This document shows, piece after piece, positions 39,864-47,318 of a stretch of 64,000 bases of DNA. The position numbers and the translations under genes were made by a program. Within the stretch, counting starts at the first letter, position 1. Every line of letters begins with the position of its first letter. The notes beneath the pieces are model-generated. The model was not told where the DNA came from. It was given only the letters and a program-made list of their open reading frames with translations, and did not search any database. This stretch comes from an uncultured Nitrosomonadales bacterium. Its GTDB lineage: Bacteria; Pseudomonadota; Gammaproteobacteria; Burkholderiales; Gallionellaceae. The DNA lies in assembly GCA_903892645.1 (NCBI GenBank), contig CAITJF010000152.1:2205-66204 (forward strand). Direction: 5' to 3'.

Positions 39864-41795
39864 GTGGTCATGATCAAGTTGATACAGCGTATTGGGCAGG
39901 GTCTGTTGCTGCGTGTGGAAAAAGGATTCAATGCCATTTTCGGCGCGGAGCTGAATCCGTTGTACCAGCTTGGCGCCATTTTGTTTTTCCTGTTCTGGGT
40001 GGTATTGGGGAGCGGGTTTTATCTTTACGCGTTTTATCGCACCGGAGTAAGCGAGGCGTATTCTTCGGTCGATAAAATCACCCACGAACAATGGTATCTG
40101 GGCGGTATCATGCGCAGCCTGCACCGCTATGCCTCGGATGGCATGGTGGTCTTGGTGCTGGTGCACATGGCGCGCAATTTTGTGATGAACCGCTTGAGCG
40201 GCTTCCGTGCTTTTTCCTGGCTTACCGGTATCGTGCTCCTGCTACTGTTAATTATTTCCGGCATCAATGGCTACTGGCTGGTGTGGGATCAGCTTGCGCA
40301 ATTCGTTGCCGTGGCCAGCACGGAATTCCTGGACTGGCTGCCGGTTTTCGTCTCCCCATTGGTGCGCAATTTCCTGACCCCGGACAGCATCAATGACCGT
40401 TTCTTCTCGTTGCTGTCTTTCATGCATTTGGGCATTCCGCTTGGGATGCTGATTTTCATCATGGTTCACACCCAACGGGTGAGCGGAGCCAAGACCCAGC
40501 CTTCGAGGCCACTTGCGATTGGACTAGGCCTTACGCTGCTGGTGCTGGCTCTGGTTAAGCCAGCTTTGAGCCAGGGCGGCCAGGCTGACCTGAGCACGAT
40601 TGCCGCGCAAATCAAGCTGGACTGGTTTTTCATGGCGGTTTACCCACTGATTTATATGTGGTCGCCGAACCAGTTGTGGGCGCTGGTTGGTGGCTTCCTG
40701 GCTTTTCTCCTGCTGTTGCCATTGCTGGCGCGCACCAAACGCATGAGCGAAGGTTTCCAGATCACCACTGCGCCGAGCATGCGCACCTTTACGGCCAAGC
40801 CGGGTGAAACTGTATTGGAAGCAGCGTTGCGTCAGGATATTCGGCTGCCTTACACATGTCGCGATGGAGCCTGCGGAAATTGCAAGGGCACCATTCTGCA
40901 TGGGGCGGTTGATTATGGCGTGCATCAGGAAGATGCCTTGAGCGAGCAGGACAAGCAGGCAGGCAAGGCGTTGTTCTGCTGCGCCACGCCGTTGTCCGAT
41001 ATGGAAATTGAATATTACGAAAATGAAACACTGAAACAAGTCCCAGTGAAGCTCATGCAGTGCCGTGTACATAAGATGGTGCGCGCCACGCCGGATGTGA
41101 TGGTGCTGTATTTGAAAATGCCGCAGGGCAGTAAACTGCAATTTTTTGCCGGCCAATATCTCGACATTCTGCTGGAGGATGGTGCACGCAGAAGCTTCTC
41201 GTTCGCCAATGCCCCGCACGATGACGGATTTATCCAATTGCACATCCGTCTAATTCCAGGCGGCAAGTTCACCAATCATGTGTTCACGCAAATGAAGGAA
41301 GGCGACGAGCTGAGCTTTGAAGGCCCGCTTGGTACTTTCTTCCTGAACGAGAAAAGTGATATGCCGATAATTTTTGTGGCCGGCGCTACTGGCTTCGCAC
41401 CAGTGAAAAGTATGTTGGATCACGCTTTTTACACTGGCTCCAAGCGCCGTATGCTGTTGTACTGGGGGGTGAAAATGCGCAAAGATTTATACATGGCCGA
41501 TTTGCCGGAGCTCTGGCAACGGGAGCACGACAATTTTACTTTTATACCGGTGCTGTCCGAGCCGGGGCCGGATGATAACTGGCAGGGGCGTACCGGCTTG
41601 GTGCATGAGGCCATTTTGCAGGATCACCCTGACCTGAGTGGCTTCCAGGTTTATGCTTGCGGCTCGATGCTAATGGTACAGGCAGCGCGTCCGGCTTTTC
41701 TCGCGCAGGGGTTGCCGGAAAATGCATGTTTTTCGGATGCCTTCCTGTTGCCTACACATAAGGTAGCGCAACCTGCCGTGGAGGTGCAACCATGA
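39864..41795 (+). CDS. Fusion protein: cytochrome b-type membrane domain + plant-type 2Fe-2S ferredoxin + FNR-like FAD/NAD(P)H reductase
   Basis: Start at GTG 39864 or ATG 39870. Four heme-ligand His sit in cytochrome b context (SLHRYASD, LVHMARNF, FMHLGIP, MVHTQR). Also present: CRDGACGNC...CC, then RSFSF, GPLG and GATGFAP motifs. Confidence 0.8.
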   Translation: MVMIKLIQRIGQGLLLRVEKGFNAIFGAELNPLYQLGAILFFLFWVVLGSGFYLYAFYRTGVSEAYSSVDKITHEQWYLGGIMRSLHRYASDGMVVLVLVHMARNFVMNRLSGFRAFSWLTGIVLLLLLIISGINGYWLVWDQLAQFVAVASTEFLDWLPVFVSPLVRNFLTPDSINDRFFSLLSFMHLGIPLGMLIFIMVHTQRVSGAKTQPSRPLAIGLGLTLLVLALVKPALSQGGQADLSTIAAQIKLDWFFMAVYPLIYMWSPNQLWALVGGFLAFLLLLPLLARTKRMSEGFQITTAPSMRTFTAKPGETVLEAALRQDIRLPYTCRDGACGNCKGTILHGAVDYGVHQEDALSEQDKQAGKALFCCATPLSDMEIEYYENETLKQVPVKLMQCRVHKMVRATPDVMVLYLKMPQGSKLQFFAGQYLDILLEDGARRSFSFANAPHDDGFIQLHIRLIPGGKFTNHVFTQMKEGDELSFEGPLGTFFLNEKSDMPIIFVAGATGFAPVKSMLDHAFYTGSKRRMLLYWGVKMRKDLYMADLPELWQREHDNFTFIPVLSEPGPDDNWQGRTGLVHEAILQDHPDLSGFQVYACGSMLMVQAARPAFLAQGLPENACFSDAFLLPTHKVAQPAVEVQP

Positions 41796-42304
41796 GCCAG
41801 CCGCTGAAATACTTGGGGCAAGGGCTAGCCTACGCGCTGTTCGCCGTGGTGCTTGGTTATTTCTCCACTTCACCGGAGTACGCGCACTTGCCGGCGGATT
41901 CCGCGCTGCTTAAGCTGAGTTTCAACCACGCGGCCCAGCGAAAGAAACCGTGCCACGAGCGCACCGACGAGGAAATGGCCAAGCTGGCAAAAAATATGCG
42001 GATACGCAAGGATTGTCCGCGCGAACGCTCCGACGTGGTGGTGGAGTTGGAGATGGACGGCAAGCAGTTGTACCATGTCGTGCTGCACCCGCCCGGCCTG
42101 TCGCATGACGGTGCCGCTTCAATATATCGCCGCCTGCCGGTGCCGGCAGGCCCCCATCGTTTCGTGGCGCGCCTGAAGGATATGGAGGGGGGCGATTTCA
42201 GCTTTGTGCACGAGGAAAACATTACTCTTGGCGCCGGCAAGGTAATGGTGATTGATTTCAAGGCCGACGTTCCCGGCGCCCCCGGCTTTATGTTTAAGAG
42301 TTAG
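41792..42304 (+). CDS. Membrane-anchored hypothetical protein, translationally coupled to the preceding gene
   Basis: Its ATG overlaps the upstream TGA (ATGA at 41792-41795). It has an N-terminal TM (LAYALFAVVLGYF) and a ~130-aa soluble domain with two Cys. No family recognised. Confidence 0.6.
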   Translation: MSQPLKYLGQGLAYALFAVVLGYFSTSPEYAHLPADSALLKLSFNHAAQRKKPCHERTDEEMAKLAKNMRIRKDCPRERSDVVVELEMDGKQLYHVVLHPPGLSHDGAASIYRRLPVPAGPHRFVARLKDMEGGDFSFVHEENITLGAGKVMVIDFKADVPGAPGFMFKS

Positions 42305-42310
42305 GACAAC

Positions 42311-43717
42311 ATGACTATTCCCGTGGAAGCGAACTCTCCTTATGATGCGCCGCCGGATGTTGGCGGTGTGTATGCGTTGCCCACGCCGCATCAAGCCAGC
42401 CAGCGCTTGGCTGCCGGCTGGCTGTGGCTGAGTTTTGCCGCACTGGTGGGGGCAGGTTTTTTTGCTCTGCTGGTAGTGATGGCGCGTACACCTTATGTGT
42501 CCGATATTTTTCCCACGGTAGATTTTTTCCGTAGCGCCCTGGTGGTGCATGTGGATTTGTCGGTGCTATTGTGGTTCTTTGCTTTCGCCGGTGTGCTGTG
42601 GGGTGCAGCCTCCCCTCCAAAGTGGATGCCCCTCGGTTGGGTAGCGCTGTTGCTGGCGGTGGTAGGCGTGATAGTGGTTGTGGTTTCGCCGTTTGTCAGC
42701 ACCGGCGGGCCGCTCATGAATAACTATATTCCGGTGCTGGAAAACAGGGTGTTCCTTACCGGTTTGTTCCTGTTTGGTTGCGGTATCGGGTTGCTTGCCT
42801 TGCGTGGCCTGCTGACGATTCCCCTCACCGGGTTTGGTGCAAATAGAGATGGCGGCATACTTTGTTTCGGCCTTTATACTGCCGCAGTGGCGACGACGAT
42901 GGCGCTCATCGCATTTTCCTGGGCATTCGCAACCATTCCGTTTTTTGTGCGCGGTCTTCCTTATTACGAGGCGCTGTTTTGGGGTGGTGGGCATGTGATG
43001 CAATTCGCCTATACCCTGCTGATGTTGGTTGGCTGGTTGTGGCTGTCCTCTGAATGCGGTGCCCAGGTGCCATTAACTCCGCGCATATCACTGTTCCTGT
43101 TCGCCTTGGGGGTTGCACCGGTGCTGTTTACACCGCTGATCTACGCCCTTTATGAGACCAATACCGGCGATAACATGGGAATGTTCATCTGGATGATGAA
43201 AATCGGTGGCAGCCTGGCGGCTGTGCCGATTGGGCTGGCGGTAGCGTATGCAATGGGGAACCGTGGCTATCCTGACCCTTCGAAGCGTCCGCTGTTTGCT
43301 GCCTTGCTGTGTTCGATGGTTTTGTTTGCGGTGGGCGGTGGCATTAGCCTCATGATCAAGGATAGCAACACCATCATCACCGCGCATTATCATGGTACCG
43401 GGGGCGCTGTGAGCCTGGCTTTCATGGGGCTGGCTTTTGTGCTGCTGCCCAAGCTGGGGTTTCGTGCGCCTGATTTGAAGCTTGCCAGCTGGCAGCCTTA
43501 TGTGTACGGTATCGGGCAGTTGCTGCACATCATCGGGCTGCTGTGGTCGGGTGGGTACGGCGTGCAACGCAAGGTCGCTGGAGCAGCCCAGGAATTGCAC
43601 AGTTTCGGGCAGGTCGCCGGAATGGGATTGATGGGAATAGGCGGGTTAATCGCCGTGATCGGCGGCCTGATGTTTCTGGTGGTGGTGTTTCGTGCAATGA
43701 GGGGGCGAACACGTTAG
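42311..43717 (+). CDS. Heme-copper subunit-I-like 12-TM protein lacking two CuB histidines
   Basis: 468 aa. It retains H80 (VVHVDLSVLLWFF), H228 (WGGGHVMQF) and H359/H361 (AHYHGT). The HH position, 49/50 residues after H228, is I277-Y278 (codons 43139-43144). Confidence 0.75.
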   Translation: MTIPVEANSPYDAPPDVGGVYALPTPHQASQRLAAGWLWLSFAALVGAGFFALLVVMARTPYVSDIFPTVDFFRSALVVHVDLSVLLWFFAFAGVLWGAASPPKWMPLGWVALLLAVVGVIVVVVSPFVSTGGPLMNNYIPVLENRVFLTGLFLFGCGIGLLALRGLLTIPLTGFGANRDGGILCFGLYTAAVATTMALIAFSWAFATIPFFVRGLPYYEALFWGGGHVMQFAYTLLMLVGWLWLSSECGAQVPLTPRISLFLFALGVAPVLFTPLIYALYETNTGDNMGMFIWMMKIGGSLAAVPIGLAVAYAMGNRGYPDPSKRPLFAALLCSMVLFAVGGGISLMIKDSNTIITAHYHGTGGAVSLAFMGLAFVLLPKLGFRAPDLKLASWQPYVYGIGQLLHIIGLLWSGGYGVQRKVAGAAQELHSFGQVAGMGLMGIGGLIAVIGGLMFLVVVFRAMRGRTR

Positions 43718-43804
43718 CGCCGCAGGCGGCCATTACGCCACGCTTTTCGGCTTTGTAGCTCGTTACGACTTCTCTTATTTTGACAGCAACGTAGTTTGCA
43801 TAGA

Positions 43805-45382
43805 ATGCGCAAATATCTACAAAACTTGTTGCTGCGTCTGGAAAACGCATTCAATGCGCCGTTCGGTCAGGCATTGAATCCTTGGTACCACCTCGGCGCG
43901 ATCACCTTTTATCTGTTCTGGATCGTGGTGGTAAGCGGCGTTTATCTCTATATCTTTTACCGAACCGGGGTGGATGAAGCCTACCAGTCGGTCGAACGCC
44001 TTACCCATGATCAATGGTATGCCGGCGGCGTGATGCGCAGCCTGCACCGCTATGCTTCTGACGGCATCGTGGTGACGATGCTGCTGCATATGCTGCGCAA
44101 TTTTATTACCGGACGTTTCCACAGCTTCCGCTGGTTTTCCTGGGTGAGCGGGGTTTTTCTGATCTGGCTGGTTTACACTTGCGGCATCAACGGCTACTGG
44201 ATGGTGTGGGACAGGCTGGCGCAATTCATTGCCGTGGGCACTGCGGAATGGTTCGATTGGATGCCGCTGTTCAGCCAGCCGCTGGCGCGCAACTTTCTCG
44301 TGCAAGGCGATGTCAATGATCGCTTCTTTGCACTGCTGTCGTTTGCCCACATCACCATTCCGCTGGTATTGCTGCTGTTCATGTGGATACATACCAAGCG
44401 CATGAACCACGCCGAAACCAACCCTCCCCTGCGCCTTGCGGTCGGCACGCTGCTTATGCTGCTGGCGCTGTCGCTGGTCAAGCCGGCGCTAAGCCACGCA
44501 CATGCCGATCTGGCGCTGTTGCCTGATGTGATCCGACTTGACTGGTTTTATCTGGCGCCGTATCCGCTGCTTTATATCTGGTCGCCTGGCGCGGTGTGGG
44601 TGTTGGTTGGCGGGATTACCGCGCTGCTCCTATTGGTGCCGTGGTTATTCAGGCCGCGCACGCGCCCTGCGGTGGCGGAGGTGCATCTGGACAATTGCAA
44701 CGGTTGTGCACGTTGCGCTGCCGACTGTCCTTATTCGGCCATTGTGATGCATCCGCGCCAGGACGGCAGGCCGCACCAATTACAGCCAGTGGTAGATCCG
44801 GACTTGTGCGCAAGTTGCGGCATTTGCGTCGGTGCCTGTCCATCTTCCATGCCGTTCCGCAGTAACGAACTGGTGAGCGGTATCGAGTTGCCGGATCAGG
44901 AGTTGGCGACGCTACGTGCAGGTATTGATCGTACACTGGCGGTGTTGCACGGCGATGCGCGCGTTATGGTGTTTGGCTGCGATTGTGCCTACGATGTGCA
45001 TGCATTGCAGTCGGAGGGAGTGGCGGCGCTTTCGCTCCCCTGCATCGGCATGCTGCCACCAGCGTTTATTGACTACGTGCTGCGCGACGCACGTGTTGAT
45101 GGGGTGATGGTTGCCGGTTGCCGTGAAGGGGATTGCCAATACCGTCTTGGCATCCGCTGGACGGAGTTGCGCCTGGCACGCCAGCGAGTACCGCATTTGC
45201 GCCAGCGAGTGCCACTTCAGCGTATCGAGTTTTGTTGGGCCGGCATACAGGATGATGAGCGGGCACGCGCGGAACTCGGCACTCTGCGTGCGCGGGTGGC
45301 GCAACTGCCGCGAGAAATAATCATGGAAGAGGATTCGCGAGAGCATGAACGCCAGTCCGGTGACAAAAACCAACCTGATTAA
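43805..45382 (+). CDS. Fusion protein: cytochrome b-type membrane domain + 2x[4Fe-4S] ferredoxin + MvhD/FlpD-like domain
   Basis: The likely start is ATG 43805 (MRKYLQNLLLRLENAF, parallel to its paralogue); the track ORF starts at 43796. The N-terminal half is a paralogue of 39864..41795 with the same four His. Then come CNGCARCAADCP and CASCGICVGACP, then FGCDC...LPCIGML...VAGCREGDCQYRLG. Confidence 0.8.
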   Translation: MRKYLQNLLLRLENAFNAPFGQALNPWYHLGAITFYLFWIVVVSGVYLYIFYRTGVDEAYQSVERLTHDQWYAGGVMRSLHRYASDGIVVTMLLHMLRNFITGRFHSFRWFSWVSGVFLIWLVYTCGINGYWMVWDRLAQFIAVGTAEWFDWMPLFSQPLARNFLVQGDVNDRFFALLSFAHITIPLVLLLFMWIHTKRMNHAETNPPLRLAVGTLLMLLALSLVKPALSHAHADLALLPDVIRLDWFYLAPYPLLYIWSPGAVWVLVGGITALLLLVPWLFRPRTRPAVAEVHLDNCNGCARCAADCPYSAIVMHPRQDGRPHQLQPVVDPDLCASCGICVGACPSSMPFRSNELVSGIELPDQELATLRAGIDRTLAVLHGDARVMVFGCDCAYDVHALQSEGVAALSLPCIGMLPPAFIDYVLRDARVDGVMVAGCREGDCQYRLGIRWTELRLARQRVPHLRQRVPLQRIEFCWAGIQDDERARAELGTLRARVAQLPREIIMEEDSREHERQSGDKNQPD

Positions 45383-46299
45383 CGCCTGCGCAGCCGGTAG
45401 TTAAGTGACACCAGAATGAGCAGCAGGAATGCCGCTGTGGCGTTATGAAGCAGCACCAGAAAAAGCGGCAGGCTGTATGCCACGGCGCTGATTCCCAGAG
45501 CGACTTGCAGCGTGAGCGCGGCGATCAGCAGCATGCCGCTGCGCCGCAAATTTTCCCGGATCAGGCAGGCTCCTAACCAGGCAAGATAACAAAACACCAG
45601 CAGCGCGGAGAAACGGTGCGCCATGTGCAAAGTCTGCTGCGCAGCACCCGGAATGAAGTTGCCGCCCTGTGGCACTTTCAACACCTGAAAAGGATTGAAG
45701 TCCGCCAGTGATGCGTGCTGTAGCCATCCATCGCAGCCGGATGGACCGGTGCAGCTTAAGGCAGCGAAACTCGCACTGACCATGCCCCCCAGCGTTATTT
45801 GTACCACGAGCAGCCCCAACCCCAGTGATACCCACCTGCGCAAACGTGAAGAGGCAGCGTATCGAGGCACGTATCCGAGATGTAATCGCCACAGCAGCGC
45901 CAGCATTCCCAGGCCGCCGAGCAGGTTGCCGAGCGCAACCGCTGGCAGGTGTGCGTTGTGCGTCCATTTGCCGAGCACTGCAAGGAAAGCCGTTAGCCCC
46001 AATAATGCCAGCGCAGGCGGAAAATCACCGGGTGCCACGCGGCGGCGGCGCCAGGCGAGTGAGGTAATGGCAAGGGCGGTAAAACCCATGGTGCTCGCCG
46101 CAATGCGGTGAGTGGTATTTATCCAGTTCGGATGGGGAGGGGCAAGGCCAGCCAGATTGTGTCCATAACATGCAGGCCGGTCGGGGCAGCCCAACCCGGC
46201 GCCAGTCAGGCGCATGTGGGCACTTAGCAAGATGATTATCGCCATTAGTGCGAAGGTGAACAGCACCAAGCCGTGGAATACGCGATTACCGTCAGCCAT
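45379..46299 (-). CDS. ctaA: Heme A synthase (COX15/CtaA family)
   Basis: 306-aa polytopic protein with N-terminal LLSAHMRLTGAGLGCPDRPACYG and paired His-containing helices. Its stop overlaps the convergent gene's stop (TTAA at 45379-45382). Confidence 0.8.
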   Translation of the reverse strand: MADGNRVFHGLVLFTFALMAIIILLSAHMRLTGAGLGCPDRPACYGHNLAGLAPPHPNWINTTHRIAASTMGFTALAITSLAWRRRRVAPGDFPPALALLGLTAFLAVLGKWTHNAHLPAVALGNLLGGLGMLALLWRLHLGYVPRYAASSRLRRWVSLGLGLLVVQITLGGMVSASFAALSCTGPSGCDGWLQHASLADFNPFQVLKVPQGGNFIPGAAQQTLHMAHRFSALLVFCYLAWLGACLIRENLRRSGMLLIAALTLQVALGISAVAYSLPLFLVLLHNATAAFLLLILVSLNYRLRRR

Positions 46300-46336
46300 G
46301 TGACCTCAGAAGGCGAACCTTACCTGAATCTCTTTT

Positions 46337-46516
46337 TCAGGGATTAATGAAGGTAATTATTTGGGAGGTGGTTACCGCAAGAACCGAGATGATAACCAAA
46401 AAAACCAGGCTACGATATTTGAAGCGGCCACCGTAGGCGTTCTCGAGACGGTCAAGCAGCCAGTCTGATACGAAATAAAGACCAAGGGCGATCAGGGTGT
46501 AATAAAGGTAAGCCAT
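46337..46516 (-). CDS. 59-aa two-TM micro-protein upstream of ctaA (below ORF-track cutoff)
   Basis: Hand translation: MAYLYYTLIALGLYFVSDWLLDRLENAYGGRFKYRSLVFLVIISVLAVTTSQIITFINP. There is no clear Shine-Dalgarno, so coding status is uncertain. Confidence 0.3.
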   Translation of the reverse strand: MAYLYYTLIALGLYFVSDWLLDRLENAYGGRFKYRSLVFLVIISVLAVTTSQIITFINP

Positions 46517-46639
46517 GAATTATAAATGTCCGTCAGCACGTTATTATCTTCGACATCAAGATGGTTGCACAATATGGGCTGTTCTTATGTGCTTGGCGCA
46601 AGTTGCCGGGAGTGACTACCTGACCACACTAGGCCGCGC

Positions 46640-46680
46640 AAAAAAGACAATGGCGCACCGGGAAAAACCAGTAGTGCGCC
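46640..46680 (-). terminator. Rho-independent terminator after the cytochrome c gene
   Basis: The stem GGCGCAC (46652-46658) / GTGCGCC (46674-46680) is followed on the minus strand by ATTGTCTTTTTT. Confidence 0.55.
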
Positions 46681-46734
46681 ATGTGTCCAGTTATGCAGTT
46701 GCGAGAAACCGCTGCTGCATTGGTTCGTTCGTTA

Positions 46735-47049
46735 TTACAGCGAAAGAATCCAACCCACTGTGGACTTTATTTCAGCATCGGTCATCTTGCCTTTTTGCGC
46801 TGGCATTGGCATGGTGCCCCATACTCCGGAGCCGCCTTCTGTTACCTTTTTGATCAGCTTGGCTTCGGCAGTAGCGTCACCTTTGTATTTTGCGGCCACT
46901 TCCTTATATCCTGGCCCGACGAGTTTCATGTCCACTGCGTGGCAGTTCAGGCAGCCGGCTTTTTTGGCGAGGTCTTTCCCATCTTCGGCAAATGCCGGTG
47001 CGCTGAGGAAACAAGCGGTAATTCCTGCAATGATCAAAACTCTTTTCAT
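46735..47049 (-). CDS. Soluble class I cytochrome c (c551/c552-type)
   Basis: The likely start is MKRVLIIAGITACFLSAPAFA at 47049 with a GGAGA Shine-Dalgarno. Heme motif CLNCH and distal Met in WGTMPMP. Confidence 0.88.
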   Translation of the reverse strand: MKRVLIIAGITACFLSAPAFAEDGKDLAKKAGCLNCHAVDMKLVGPGYKEVAAKYKGDATAEAKLIKKVTEGGSGVWGTMPMPAQKGKMTDAEIKSTVGWILSL

Positions 47050-47144
47050 TTTATTTCTCCACGAGGTTAAAAAATCTGACGACAGTTGGTGAGATAGCCT
47101 AATTTCAGCCATAAGCATTTTGTGGCAAAACAACCATGTATTAC

Positions 47145-47158
47145 TTGATGTAAATCAA
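47145..47158 (-). promoter_or_regulatory. Perfect FNR box TTGAT-GTAA-ATCAA upstream of the cytochrome c gene
   Basis: TTGATGTAAATCAA. On the gene strand a -10-like CAAAAT (47122-47117) lies 22 nt downstream of the box. Confidence 0.65.
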
Positions 47159-47318
47159 ATTTCGACAGGTCAGCGCTACCGGTAACACTTGCTCTCGATG
47201 GTATGGGAGAGAAAAATGGCAAGGCGACAACCGCAACCAAAACAACTGGGTAAGGTAAGCAAGTTTCTCACCCATATGCTTTAACGAACGGTTCCGTTTT
47301 GCGTTGACAGTATGGCTG

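Noticed and set aside
43770-43806. TTGACA-15 nt-TAGAAT as a promoter for the second cytochrome b fusion
   Set aside because: The spacer is short, and the -10 overlaps the gene's own ATG. The gene is more likely transcribed from upstream.
46515-47092. + strand ORFs 46515..46853, 46681..47070 and 46760..47092
   Set aside because: They are antisense to, or overlap, the well-supported cytochrome c gene (CLNCH heme motif, signal peptide, Shine-Dalgarno), and no motifs were found in them.
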